From the NCBI GenBank assembly GCA_964512295.1, contig CAZEGL010000004.1, forward strand, positions 30,068 to 94,067: DNA of 64,000 bases, given 5' to 3'. The translations under genes were made by a program, and so were the position numbers. This document shows, one piece after another, positions 9,442-19,691 of this stretch. The notes below the pieces were generated by a model. It saw nothing but the letters and a program-made list of their open reading frames with translations, ran no database searches and was not told where the DNA came from. Origin of the DNA: an uncultured Muribaculaceae bacterium. GTDB taxonomy: Bacteria; Bacteroidota; Bacteroidia; Bacteroidales; UBA932. The stretch's first letter is position 1; each line of letters opens with the position of its first letter.

Positions 9442-10749
9442 AATAGAGTCTAAAATTTTAGTGGCGGCCCCCACATTTTTCTTAATAAACCATAAAGAGC
9501 GTCTAGAGCATTCGGCTCTATATTTATCGTTTAAAGCTAAGGATTCAAAGATATCTACACTCCCCTCCATATACCCTTTAGGGTTACTAATAACAAAAGC
9601 GCCACCCATTGAAATTAAGCTGGAAGCCTCTATAAACCTATCGTGTTTAGGGCCAAACAAGACTGGAAGCCCATAAGCAGCCGGCTCTAAAATATTGTGT
9701 ATTCCACCGTCAAACCCGCCTCCTACATAGGCAAAGTGGCCATAACGATAAGCTGCCGACAAGATTCCAACACTATCTATAATAAAAATCTCTCCCTCCC
9801 CAACCCTCTTCTGTTCGCTTTCCGACAGCTGCTCTCTATTAAAATTTGAATAGAGTAGAGGTTTGTGCCGGGCAAAGAGAGTTTTAAGAGAGAGAATACT
9901 CTCTCTATCTACATTGTGGGGTGCAATCACCATTTTAACTTCCCCTAAGGCGTTCTCCTTAAAACGGTCAAAAAAAGAGAGCAGCATCTCTTCATCTTTA
10001 GGGTAGGTGCTCCCCGCTATTAGAGTAATTGGGGGCCTCCCGCCACTCCCCTCTTTTTGGCTAAAATAGTGGAGAGGTGCAATCTCTACTCTCTCCTCTG
10101 CCCTCTTGGCAACCCTATCGAATCGAGTATCCCCACACACCGAAACAGCGTTAATCTTTATATTTTTGAGAAGCTCCCGCGAGCCCCAATCCTGCACATA
10201 GATATGGGTAAAAAAAGTAAGCATCTTCCTAAAGAATCCCCCCCACCATTTGAAAAAAGGTTGGTTGGAGATAAAATTGGCCGAAACCAAATAGAGCGGA
10301 ATCCCCCTTTTATTTATCCCCTTTAAAAAATTGTACCAAAATTCATATTTGATAAAGATTGCATAATCGGGTTTTACACTATCTAAAAAGCGTTTGACAT
10401 TTCTGGGGGTATCGAAAGGGAGATAGAAGACAAAGTTGGCCAACTTGTAGTTTTTCTGAAGATTATAGCCACTTGGAGAGAAGAAGGTAACCACAATCTT
10501 GGCAGAGGGATCTCTCTCTTTTACCTGTTCAATAAGGGGTCTCGCCTGCTCAAATTCACCGGCCGAAGCACAATGGAACCAATATCTCTTTCCTGTGAGA
10601 TAGAGTGGGTCTTGAGATATTGCCCTCTCAATCTCTGTGAGTAATTTTTTTCTCCCATCAACAAGTTGACGCGCTTTGTTCGAATATAGAGATGCCCCTT
10701 TAGTAGCTAAACGGTAACTCCTAATGGAGAGATTATAAATAATTGCCAA
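9421..10749 (-). CDS. waaA: Kdo transferase (GT30)
   Basis: WFHCASAGEFEQ, TFFSPSG, YLPFD, GDTRFD, HNILEPA. Confidence 0.93.
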   Translation of the reverse strand: MAIIYNLSIRSYRLATKGASLYSNKARQLVDGRKKLLTEIERAISQDPLYLTGKRYWFHCASAGEFEQARPLIEQVKERDPSAKIVVTFFSPSGYNLQKNYKLANFVFYLPFDTPRNVKRFLDSVKPDYAIFIKYEFWYNFLKGINKRGIPLYLVSANFISNQPFFKWWGGFFRKMLTFFTHIYVQDWGSRELLKNIKINAVSVCGDTRFDRVAKRAEERVEIAPLHYFSQKEGSGGRPPITLIAGSTYPKDEEMLLSFFDRFKENALGEVKMVIAPHNVDRESILSLKTLFARHKPLLYSNFNREQLSESEQKRVGEGEIFIIDSVGILSAAYRYGHFAYVGGGFDGGIHNILEPAAYGLPVLFGPKHDRFIEASSLISMGGAFVISNPKGYMEGSVDIFESLALNDKYRAECSRRSLWFIKKNVGAATKILDSILESNSQ

Positions 10750-10758
10750 TTGTTTTCT

Positions 10759-10776
10759 TACTTTTGTGCAAAGATA
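10759..10776. promoter_or_regulatory. Closely spaced divergent -7 elements for mlaE (+) and waaA (-)
   Basis: TACTTTTG at 10759-10766 (+); caaagata at 10769-10776 reads TATCTTTG on (-). Confidence 0.5.
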
Positions 10777-10806
10777 TAAATAAGAAGACTATTTCTTACA
10801 GATAAA

Positions 10807-11550
10807 ATGGGAGATACTTTAGAAATATTTGGAAGATACTTTAAGTTACTAAAGGTAGTTTTCACCAAACCCGACAAAAATTCCGCCTTTCGCAAACAGT
10901 TTCTAATTGAGAGCGAAAAACTTATATTAAATTCTATCCCAATAATTGCAGTAATTTCACTCTTTATTGGTGCAGTTTTAGTGATCCAAACTGCAAGTAA
11001 CATAGAGAACCCCCTTATCTCCAAAATGTATGTGGGATATATGACTCGTGAAAGCTTGGTTTTAGAGTTCTGTTCAACTATGGTTGCCCTTATTTTGGCA
11101 GGTAAGGTGGGATCCAATATAGCTTCCGAAATTGGAAGTATGAAGATCTCCGAACAGATAGATGCAATGGAGATGATGGGAATAAATTCGGCAAACTATC
11201 TCATACTCCCAAAAATTGTTGTTACTGTACTCTTCAACCCTCTATTGATGCTTATGAGTTTTATAGTAGGGCTTCTTGGAGGCGCAATGATAATATACAT
11301 CACAGATATTATCACCCTCAACCAATATAGCGAAGGGCTGCAGTATGCCTTCAATTTCTACTATTTTATCTACAGTATGGTTAAGATGGCCATCTTTAGC
11401 TTTCTTATAACCTCTATTTCGGCCTTTTACGGCTACTATGCAGAAGGTGGCGCCTTGGGAGTTGGGCGTTCGGCCACCAGAGCCATAGTCACCTGCAGTG
11501 TTGCAATTTTAATAGCCAATTTGGTAGTGACCCAGATAATGCTCAATTAG
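10807..11550 (+). CDS. mlaE: MlaE-family ABC permease
   Basis: AGKVGSNIASEIGSMKISEQIDAMEMMG; GGALGVGRSAT. Confidence 0.88.
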   Translation: MGDTLEIFGRYFKLLKVVFTKPDKNSAFRKQFLIESEKLILNSIPIIAVISLFIGAVLVIQTASNIENPLISKMYVGYMTRESLVLEFCSTMVALILAGKVGSNIASEIGSMKISEQIDAMEMMGINSANYLILPKIVVTVLFNPLLMLMSFIVGLLGGAMIIYITDIITLNQYSEGLQYAFNFYYFIYSMVKMAIFSFLITSISAFYGYYAEGGALGVGRSATRAIVTCSVAILIANLVVTQIMLN

Positions 11551-11557
11551 CGGCCAA

Positions 11558-12328
11558 ATGATAAAAGTAATAGATTTAAATAAACGGTTTGGAGAGAAAG
11601 AGGTGTTAAAGGGTGTCTCTATAGAGTACACCCCTGGAGAGTGTTCTCTAATTATTGGTGCAAGCGGTTCGGGTAAAACGGTGCTGCTAAAATCGTTGGT
11701 GGGGCTACACCAAATAGACTCCGGAGAGATTTGGTATGGCAATATAGAGTGGAGCGCCCTCTCCTTTAAAGAGAAAAAGAGTATCCGTAAAGAGATAGGT
11801 ATGCTTTTCCAAGGTAGTGCCCTCTTCGACTTTGCCACAGTAGAGGAGAATATCCGCTTCCCTATGGATTTTTTTACCGATTGGAGCGATTCAGAGAAGA
11901 GGAAGAGGGTAGATTTCTGCTTAGAGAGGGTAAATTTAAAAGGGGTCAATACCCTACTCCCTTCGGAATTGAGTGGAGGTATGCAAAAGAGAGTGGGTAT
12001 CGCAAGAGCCATAGCTCTAAACCCCAAATATCTCTTTTGCGACGAACCCAATTCGGGATTGGATCCCCAAACCTCTATCCTAATAGATCAACTTATCTCA
12101 GAGATTACCAAAGAGTATAATATTACCACTGTAATAAATACTCACGATATGAATTCGGTAATGGCAATAGGAGACCGTGTTGGATTTATACACCAAGGGG
12201 AACTGCTTTGGGAGGGAGACAAAGAGCAGGTTCTTGTTTCGGGATGCAAAGAGTTGGACAACTTTGTCTTTGCATCTGAGATGGCAAAGAAGATGAGAGA
12301 GCTGTTAGACTCTAAAAGACAGGAGTAA
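11558..12328 (+). CDS. mlaF: MlaF-family ABC ATPase
   Basis: GASGSGKT, LFQGSALFD, LSGGMQKRV, FCDEPNSGLDP. Confidence 0.88.
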   Translation: MIKVIDLNKRFGEKEVLKGVSIEYTPGECSLIIGASGSGKTVLLKSLVGLHQIDSGEIWYGNIEWSALSFKEKKSIRKEIGMLFQGSALFDFATVEENIRFPMDFFTDWSDSEKRKRVDFCLERVNLKGVNTLLPSELSGGMQKRVGIARAIALNPKYLFCDEPNSGLDPQTSILIDQLISEITKEYNITTVINTHDMNSVMAIGDRVGFIHQGELLWEGDKEQVLVSGCKELDNFVFASEMAKKMRELLDSKRQE

Positions 12329-12980
12329 CAGACTCAATTACAACATCCTCAATTGGTTTATCTCTATGGTTGGTAGCTACCGAAGCTATCTTATCTATTA
12401 TATCGAACCCCTCTACTGTTTCGCCAAAAATTGAGTAGTCGCCATCTAATTGGGCACAAGCAACAGGATTCTCTACTATATAGAATTGTGAGCCCGACGA
12501 CTCTTTATGGGGATTGGCTGCATCGCCTCTTCTTGCTGCTGCTAAGGCTCCCTTTTTATGTTTAAATTGGGGTAAAATTTCTGCAGGAACAGTGTAACCG
12601 GGGCCTCCAGTTCCAAAAGCCGACTCATTGTTGGGGTCTTTGGTTAGAGGGTCTCCCCCTTGAATCATAAAACCTTTAATAACTCTATGGAAAAGAACTC
12701 CATCATAAAATCGCTCCGAAGCGAGCTTTACAAAATTGTCTCTATGGGCAGGGCTCTCTTTATAGAGTTTGATTCTAATTGTTCCCATATTGGTAACAAT
12801 ATCAAAAATTGGCTCATCGGAAAGTGACGAGGGGTCGAAAAGTAATTTGCTCTCCATTTTAGTACTATCTTTAATATTCTCTTTTACAATCTCTTTTACC
12901 GGCTCCTCCTTTACCCTTGTTTTACAAGAAAAAAGGAGCAACGATGTGATTATAAGTAAGTTAAAAATTTTAATTTTCAT
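12312..12980 (-). CDS. Cyclophilin-type peptidyl-prolyl isomerase, lipoprotein
   Basis: Lipobox LFSC; FHRVIKGFMIQGGDP, SGSQFYIV. Confidence 0.92.
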   Translation of the reverse strand: MKIKIFNLLIITSLLLFSCKTRVKEEPVKEIVKENIKDSTKMESKLLFDPSSLSDEPIFDIVTNMGTIRIKLYKESPAHRDNFVKLASERFYDGVLFHRVIKGFMIQGGDPLTKDPNNESAFGTGGPGYTVPAEILPQFKHKKGALAAARRGDAANPHKESSGSQFYIVENPVACAQLDGDYSIFGETVEGFDIIDKIASVATNHRDKPIEDVVIESVTPVF

Positions 12981-13043
12981 CTCTTATATTATTAAATTTT
13001 ATAACTTTGTAATGGTTGGTAAATTTACTCAATTGCTGTCGAA

Positions 13044-15356
13044 ATGCAAGTAGTTCGCACTCTCTTCATACTAATATCGTTGTCGATTGCCACTACGGCG
13101 CAATCGCAGAGTGTGGGGTTGGTTTTAAGTGGCGGTGGAGCAAAAGGGCTCTCTCATATTGGTGTTATTAAGGCTTTAGAAGAGAGTGGCATTCCAATAG
13201 ATTATATAACCGGAACCTCTATGGGGGCAATTATTGGTGCACTATACTCAATAGGGGTCTCTCCCGATCAGATGGTGACAATGTTTAAATCTGAAGATTT
13301 TGCCTCATGGCAGCGGGGAGAATTTGAAAGAAACTTTGCCACAAATATGTATAGACGGGAACACACCGCAGAGATGGTCTCTATGGTTGTTAAGAGAGAC
13401 CGCTTCAACCGCCCCACCATAAAACTGCCGGTGAGTCTTATATCACCCTTCCCAATGGATTTGGCTGTTATGCAACTTTTCTCTACAGCTGCGGCAGCAG
13501 CCCAATACAATTTCGACAATTTAATGGTTCCTTTCCGATGTGTAGCGGCCGATATTACCAATAAACGCCCCTATATTTTGCGCAAGGGCGACCTTGGAAC
13601 TGCAGTAAGGGCATCAATGACCTACCCCTTCCTCTTCAAACCAATCTATATAGATTCCACCCTTCTCTTTGATGGGGGGTTATACAACAACTTCCCTTGG
13701 GATGTTATGGTAGAGGATTTCAATCCAGACTTTATAATTGGCTCCAAGTGTTCCGACCAATACTCGCAACCTACTCAAGATGAATTGGTATCGCAAATTG
13801 AAAATATGCTTAGAGTAGAGACAGATTACCAAATTCCAAAGGGGTTGGGCTCTATTATAGATATAGGTGTAGATGCCGGAGTTATGGATTTCAATAAGAT
13901 CGATAAAATTATAGAGATGGGCTACATCACCGCTTTAGATTCAATAAGATCTATTAAAGAGAGAGTTGAAGCAAGAGTCTCTTCTCAAGAGATAGAGAGT
14001 AAGCGGCTCTCTTTCCGCACCAAAACAGTCCCTTTAAAGTTTAAAGAGATCGATTTTGTAAAGAGCAGGCTCAACGCCAATCAGCAGCAATATATTATAA
14101 ATACCATAGAGGGAAGGGAGGGAGCCCCATTTACCTTCGATCAAATGAAGCGGGGATACTATCATCTGGTTGCCTCTCAAAACCTCAATACCCTTTATCC
14201 CCAAGCGATCTTTGGGGCAGACTCCCTCTACACTCTAAAGTTGACTGCAACAAAGCGAGAGCCTATAACCCTCTCCATTGGTGGAAACATCTCCTCTTCA
14301 TCGCTCAATCAAGGTTATGTAGGATTTCAATACAATAGCTTTACACTTCTGCCGTGGCGTCTAAATATAGATCTAAATTTAGGGCGTTTCTATTCGGGTC
14401 TCAATTTGGAGCTTCGCCAAAACATAGATACCAAGAGCCACTGGTTTTACGAAACACAATTTACTGCCCACCAATTTGACTATATTGGCGGCAGACAAAC
14501 TGTCTTTATTGCCGATAGGCTCTCAAGTAATATTCAGGAGCGGGAGTTTTTTGCAACTGCCTCTATTGGAACCCCTCTAAAATTTGAACGCGATATAATA
14601 GCAAAAGCCTCTCTAAATGCCGGAGCCAATATCTACGAGTTCTACGAAAGCGACAACTTCTCTACCACAGATATACCCGAAAAAACCCGTTTTATCTTTC
14701 TCTCTCCCTCTTTCCAACTCTCAAAAAATAGTCTAAATCATAAAATCTACCCTACAGAGGGGCGTTCTGTAGAGGGCTCTTTCAGATATGCGCTCTTGGT
14801 AGAAAAGCACACCCCCGGCACTTTGTCGCTTCCACACTGCTTTGCTGTATCAAGAGTGTTGCATGGTAACTATCTATTCAAATTTAATTGGGAAGATTAC
14901 TTTAGAGTGTCGCCTCATTTGACCTTGGGAACAGTTGCAAACCTCACCTTGAGCAACCGTTCGGTGATGAGCAACTACATCTCTACCCTACTCTATCTAC
15001 CATCGTTTCAGCCCAATCCACACAGCAAAAGCCTCCTGTTACCCAACTATAAAGCTTGTGCCTTTATTGGCCTGTCGCTACAACCCATAGTGAAGATCTC
15101 CAACTCTGTTGCCCTTCATATGCAGGGGTCGCTCTTTATGCCCCACCGAAGATTGGAGAGAAATAGCGATGGCCGTCCGCACTTTGGTAAGGCCTTCCCC
15201 TCTCCTACCTATATGTTGGATTTTGCACTTGTTTGGCACTCTCCATTTGGCCCCCTTTCGCTTTCGGCATCGTACTACCAAAAAGAGGAGGTGAAGTGGT
15301 ATCCCCAACTCAATATTGGCTTCCTTCTTTTTAAAGCGCGCGCTTTAGGCAATTAA
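13044..15356 (+). CDS. Patatin-like phospholipase with C-terminal beta-barrel (PlpD/type Vd-like)
   Basis: Signal peptide, LSGGGAKG, GTSMG, DGG, C-terminal amphipathic strands ending NIGFLLF. Confidence 0.85.
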   Translation: MQVVRTLFILISLSIATTAQSQSVGLVLSGGGAKGLSHIGVIKALEESGIPIDYITGTSMGAIIGALYSIGVSPDQMVTMFKSEDFASWQRGEFERNFATNMYRREHTAEMVSMVVKRDRFNRPTIKLPVSLISPFPMDLAVMQLFSTAAAAAQYNFDNLMVPFRCVAADITNKRPYILRKGDLGTAVRASMTYPFLFKPIYIDSTLLFDGGLYNNFPWDVMVEDFNPDFIIGSKCSDQYSQPTQDELVSQIENMLRVETDYQIPKGLGSIIDIGVDAGVMDFNKIDKIIEMGYITALDSIRSIKERVEARVSSQEIESKRLSFRTKTVPLKFKEIDFVKSRLNANQQQYIINTIEGREGAPFTFDQMKRGYYHLVASQNLNTLYPQAIFGADSLYTLKLTATKREPITLSIGGNISSSSLNQGYVGFQYNSFTLLPWRLNIDLNLGRFYSGLNLELRQNIDTKSHWFYETQFTAHQFDYIGGRQTVFIADRLSSNIQEREFFATASIGTPLKFERDIIAKASLNAGANIYEFYESDNFSTTDIPEKTRFIFLSPSFQLSKNSLNHKIYPTEGRSVEGSFRYALLVEKHTPGTLSLPHCFAVSRVLHGNYLFKFNWEDYFRVSPHLTLGTVANLTLSNRSVMSNYISTLLYLPSFQPNPHSKSLLLPNYKACAFIGLSLQPIVKISNSVALHMQGSLFMPHRRLERNSDGRPHFGKAFPSPTYMLDFALVWHSPFGPLSLSASYYQKEEVKWYPQLNIGFLLFKARALGN

Positions 15357-15366
15357 CCCCCAGAAA

Positions 15367-16839
15367 ATGAGTAAAAATCCACTTAAAAAATTGGCAGGAG
15401 AGACCCTTATTTACGGATTCAGCACCATATTTGCACGCTTTATAAACTTTATATTTGTTCCTCTCTACACCTACAAACTAACCACAGAGAGTTATGGAGT
15501 TGCCACTGAATTTTTGGCATATATTGCTATTCTTCAGGTGGTATTGACCTTAGGATTGGAGACAGGCTGTTTCCGATTTGCCAATAAAGGACAAAAACCC
15601 AACCTTGTCTTTTCCAACGCCTTAACAACTGTGATTATAGTTGCAGGAACCCTCTTTGCCCTCTTATTGCTATTTAGAGAATCAATTGCCATATCGTTGG
15701 GTTACAGGGGGCAGTCGATTCTAATTTTCTTTGTTGCCGCCATCCTACTTTTAGACTCCATAACAGCAATCCTCTTTGCCCAACTTAGATTTCTAAATAG
15801 AGCGGTAAAATTTGCTACCCTTAAGAGTATTAAAATATTGAGCGAGACGCTCTTTAATTTTTTACTCTTCTTTGGGGCCCCCTCCTACTTTAAAGGGCAC
15901 CCAAATTCATTTCTGTTAAAGTTTGTTTCGGCTACACCCGACTACACCTATATCCTCTTTGCAATCTTCTTGAGCACTGTAGTTTCGCTCCTGATCTTTC
16001 TTCCCGATCTCTTTAAGGTTAAATTGCAAATCGCTCCCAAGCTTTGGAGGGAGATGATGCGTTACTCCATTCCCATCATGATTGCGGGGCTCCCCGGTAT
16101 CCTAAACGACTTTGCCGACAGGGTGCTATTTAGGTTTTTTGCCCCTCAAGGATTGAAGTGGGAGTCGGAGCTGGGGATTTTTCAGGCGGGGGTTAAAATC
16201 TCTATGTTAATGATGCTCTTTATACAGATGTTCCGCTTTGCTGCAGAACCCTTCTTCTTTGCCAAAGAGGGAGAGAGAGGCTCGCGAATCTTATATGCCA
16301 AAGTGATGGAGCACTTCACCGCCATAGGAACCCTAATATTTTTGGCTATACTCTTCTATATAGATATTATCCAATATCTTATTGGAAGCCACTTTAGAGA
16401 GGGACTCTCTATTGTACCGGTAATGTTACTCTCCTACCTGCTGCTGGGAATTAACTTTAACCTCTCTATGTGGTACAAACTTTCCGAAAAGACCAACTGG
16501 GCCATAATAATAACATTGGTAGGACTCCCCGTAACTCTTATTATAAATATTGTGCTAATGCCCCTCTACTCCTACCATGCAGCAGCGTGGGCACACCTTG
16601 CAAGTTATTTGACAATGTTAATTCTAAGTGCCTATTTGGGAAACAGACACTACCCTATCCCCTACAACTGGAAGAGGATTGTTGGATATATTGCAATAGG
16701 GTTACTCTTCTGGTGGGCAAGTACAAAGCTCTTTATAGAGAGTACTCTTCTAAAATATTTTTTCAATACCACTCTTATTATTCTCTATATTTGGATCTAT
16801 TATAGAGGTCAAAAAAATAGACTACCGTATGAAAGTTAA
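15367..16839 (+). CDS. Polysaccharide flippase (Wzx/MOP family)
   Basis: Many TM helices; KKLAGETLIYG, FRFAAEPFFF. Confidence 0.8.
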   Translation: MSKNPLKKLAGETLIYGFSTIFARFINFIFVPLYTYKLTTESYGVATEFLAYIAILQVVLTLGLETGCFRFANKGQKPNLVFSNALTTVIIVAGTLFALLLLFRESIAISLGYRGQSILIFFVAAILLLDSITAILFAQLRFLNRAVKFATLKSIKILSETLFNFLLFFGAPSYFKGHPNSFLLKFVSATPDYTYILFAIFLSTVVSLLIFLPDLFKVKLQIAPKLWREMMRYSIPIMIAGLPGILNDFADRVLFRFFAPQGLKWESELGIFQAGVKISMLMMLFIQMFRFAAEPFFFAKEGERGSRILYAKVMEHFTAIGTLIFLAILFYIDIIQYLIGSHFREGLSIVPVMLLSYLLLGINFNLSMWYKLSEKTNWAIIITLVGLPVTLIINIVLMPLYSYHAAAWAHLASYLTMLILSAYLGNRHYPIPYNWKRIVGYIAIGLLFWWASTKLFIESTLLKYFFNTTLIILYIWIYYRGQKNRLPYES

Positions 16840-17263
16840 AATTGTAAACCACTCCCCTTTTGAAGTACCACAATATGCTACTCCCCTTTCTGCGGGGTTG
16901 GATTTGAGGGCAAATATCGAAGAGCCCCTTATACTAAACACCTTAGAGAGAATTTTGGTACCTACCGGGCTCTTCATTGAACTTCCCCCGGGGTATGAGG
17001 CTCAGGTGCGCCCCAGAAGCGGCTTGGCAATAAACCATGGGATCTCAATTGTAAATAGCCCGGGAACAGTAGATTCCGACTATAGAGGGGAGCTGAAGGT
17101 GATTATAATCAACCTCTCCAACACCCCTTACAAGCTGCTGCCCGGAACACGAATTGCGCAGATGGTGGTCTCTAAACATGAGCGAGTGGAGTGGGAGGAG
17201 TGTAGTTCACTACAGGAGAGCGAGCGGGGAGAGGGGGGATTTGGCTCTACCGGCACCAAATAG
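16829..17263 (+). CDS. dut: dUTP diphosphatase
   Basis: SAGLDL, RPRSGLA, GTVDSDYRGE, RGEGGFGSTG. Confidence 0.97.
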   Translation: MKVKIVNHSPFEVPQYATPLSAGLDLRANIEEPLILNTLERILVPTGLFIELPPGYEAQVRPRSGLAINHGISIVNSPGTVDSDYRGELKVIIINLSNTPYKLLPGTRIAQMVVSKHERVEWEECSSLQESERGEGGFGSTGTK

Positions 17264-17290
17264 GTTTTACCATTAAATAAAAAGGAAAAA

Positions 17291-18601
17291 ATGAGCAATA
17301 TAGAATCTATTTACAACAAATTCCTCTCTTCAAAAGGTGTAACTACCGATAGCAGAGAGAGAAGAGAGGGAACTCTCTTCTTTGCACTACAGGGAGAGAG
17401 TTTCGACGGCAACCAATTTGCCGCCGATGCGTTAAAAAATGGGGCAGAGTGGGCTGTGGTAGACAACCCTAAGGTTGTAGAGGATGAGAGATATATCTTA
17501 GTAGAAGATAGTCTAAAAACCCTCCAGCAGTTGGCACATCGCCACCGCAGAGAGTTCTCTATTCCTATTTTGGCCCTCACCGGCTCCAATGGAAAGACCA
17601 CTACCAAAGAGCTTATTGCAGCTGTTCTCTCTACAAAATATAGAGTTCTCTATCCATCGGGAAGCTTCAACAACCATATTGGGGTTCCCCTCACCCTTTT
17701 GGGGCTCAATAGTGGGCATGAGGTGGCTGTTATTGAGGTTGGGAGTAGTGCACCCGGCGAAATAGCCTCGCTACTCTCTATTATAGAGCCCACTTTGGGG
17801 CTAATTACAAATATAGGAAAGGCGCATCTGCTTGGATTCAACTCTATAGAGGGTGTAATTGCAGAGAAGGGAGAGTTGTACAACTCTATTGAGAAGAGGG
17901 GAGGAACTCTCTTCTATAATGTAGAGGATCCCACTCTTGCCAAGATGCTCTCCTCTAAAGAGGGGGTTGAAAAGATAGCTTATGGTTTAGCACTCTGGGG
18001 ATTGAAGATTGTTACGCCTCAAAAAGGGGGAGTATTCCTTACAGTAGAGTTGGAAGATGGCTCAACAATCCACACTAAATTTGTGGGGGAGTACAATGCA
18101 ATCAATATATTGGCGGCACTAACAGTTGGCAGGCACTTGGGGTGTACCCTGCAAAATTCAATTGGTGCAATTGAGAGATATACTCCATCCAATATGCGCT
18201 CTCAATATATCGGAGCAGACAAGAACACCATAATTTTAGATGCATACAATGCCAATCCTGTGAGTATGCGGCTCTCCATTGAGAGCTTCTCTAAAATAGA
18301 GAGTAATAAAAAAGGGGTAATCTTGGGAGATATGAGAGAGTTGGGAAGTGGTTCCGCTATAGAGCATAAATCACTTCTTGAGAGCATCAAAAAATTGAAC
18401 TTCAACCCTATTATTTTAGTAGGAAACGAGATGGTCAAAGCTTCTAAAGATGATCCCTATTTTGCCGAGCGGGGCAGAAGTTTCCGTAGTGTAGAGAGCC
18501 TTGTTGAGTGGCTAAAAGAGAGTCCCATTGAGGGGAGAGTTCTGCTTATTAAAGGTTCGCGGGGGATAGAGTTAGAGAGAGCACTCCCACTCCTTACCTA
18601 A
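17291..18601 (+). CDS. murF: UDP-MurNAc-tripeptide--D-Ala-D-Ala ligase
   Basis: TGSNGKTTTKE, NNHIGVPLT, DAYNANP, LGDMRELG, KGSRG. Confidence 0.95.
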   Translation: MSNIESIYNKFLSSKGVTTDSRERREGTLFFALQGESFDGNQFAADALKNGAEWAVVDNPKVVEDERYILVEDSLKTLQQLAHRHRREFSIPILALTGSNGKTTTKELIAAVLSTKYRVLYPSGSFNNHIGVPLTLLGLNSGHEVAVIEVGSSAPGEIASLLSIIEPTLGLITNIGKAHLLGFNSIEGVIAEKGELYNSIEKRGGTLFYNVEDPTLAKMLSSKEGVEKIAYGLALWGLKIVTPQKGGVFLTVELEDGSTIHTKFVGEYNAINILAALTVGRHLGCTLQNSIGAIERYTPSNMRSQYIGADKNTIILDAYNANPVSMRLSIESFSKIESNKKGVILGDMRELGSGSAIEHKSLLESIKKLNFNPIILVGNEMVKASKDDPYFAERGRSFRSVESLVEWLKESPIEGRVLLIKGSRGIELERALPLLT

Positions 18602-19652
18602 TTTTTTTCTCTATTTGTGAAAAACGAAGTTTACCCCCCCTTAGGGCGTAAGCAAATAAAATAGAGCCTCTGTAGATTGAATCTACAGAAACAACTTTTG
18701 GGGAGGCCTCTCTCTCTCTCTTCAACTCACCCCTTGTTGCTAAAAATTGGCGATACCCCTTCCAAACAGCCGAAGCCAACTGCCACTCCCCTTTAATTAA
18801 AAAGAGAAGTGAAGAGAGAAAATCGATTCCTCCTCTCACTAAAAAAACCCAAAAGAGAGCATTGGAGGGTAAATTTTTATAGAGCATAAAAAGATTGTTT
18901 CTGTAGTTGAGCATAAGCTTATATGGGGAGTTGTTTGGTAGAGTCCCTCCCCCAACATGATAAACCATAGATTTTGGAAAGATAGCAATCCTCCACCCCT
19001 CTCTTTTAGCTCTCCAACAGAGATCTATCTCTTCCATATGGGCAAAGAAACGCCCATCAAAACCACCAAGAGAGTGAAAGAGCGGTGCCCTTACAATAAA
19101 GGCTGCACCAGAGGCCCAGAAGAGCTCTATAGAGCTCTCATATTGCCCCAGATCTCTCTCTAAGCAGGAGAGTATCCTTCCCCTACAGAAGGGGAAACCC
19201 CATCTATCTATAAAACCGCCTGCCGCACCGGCATATTCAAAGTGCTCTCTGCTGCTGTAAGATCTAATTTTTGGCATAGCAATAGCAACATCGGGGGAGC
19301 GATCCATCTCATCTACCAACTGCTGCAACCACCCCGGTGTTACCTCTACATCGGTATTGAGCAATAGATAGTACTCTGCCTCTATCTCCTTGAGGGCAAG
19401 ATTATACCCTTGGGCAAACCCGTGATTCTCCTCAAATTTTATCAATTTCACCCGATTGGGGTAGTTGGAATTGAGCCACTCCACAGAGCCATCTGTAGAG
19501 CCGTTATCTGCTACATAGAACTCAACCTCTCCACTCTCTAAGGTTGAGAAGTGTAGTAGAGGAGTTAAAAATTGCTTCAAAAACCCCTTCCCATTCCAAT
19601 TGAGCAATACTACTGCAACTTTCACAACAGCTTTTTGTTTCAAAGATAGCAC
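18594..19652 (-). CDS. Glycosyltransferase family 2 (start may be a few codons downstream)
   Basis: VLLNWNG, VADNGSTDGS, LLNTD, HMEEIDLCWR. Confidence 0.9.
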   Translation of the reverse strand: MLSLKQKAVVKVAVVLLNWNGKGFLKQFLTPLLHFSTLESGEVEFYVADNGSTDGSVEWLNSNYPNRVKLIKFEENHGFAQGYNLALKEIEAEYYLLLNTDVEVTPGWLQQLVDEMDRSPDVAIAMPKIRSYSSREHFEYAGAAGGFIDRWGFPFCRGRILSCLERDLGQYESSIELFWASGAAFIVRAPLFHSLGGFDGRFFAHMEEIDLCWRAKREGWRIAIFPKSMVYHVGGGTLPNNSPYKLMLNYRNNLFMLYKNLPSNALFWVFLVRGGIDFLSSLLFLIKGEWQLASAVWKGYRQFLATRGELKREREASPKVVSVDSIYRGSILFAYALRGGKLRFSQIEKKIR

Positions 19653-19691
19653 GAAAATAGTTAACTTCGCTTGTTCAATTATCTACCATAT

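Noticed and set aside
10807-12328. mlaEF without mlaD
   Set aside because: The MCE gene is commonly unlinked in Bacteroidetes.
13044-15356. Patatin-barrel protein as a novel toxin system
   Set aside because: Common PlpD-like architecture in Bacteroidetes, in housekeeping context, with no immunity gene evident.
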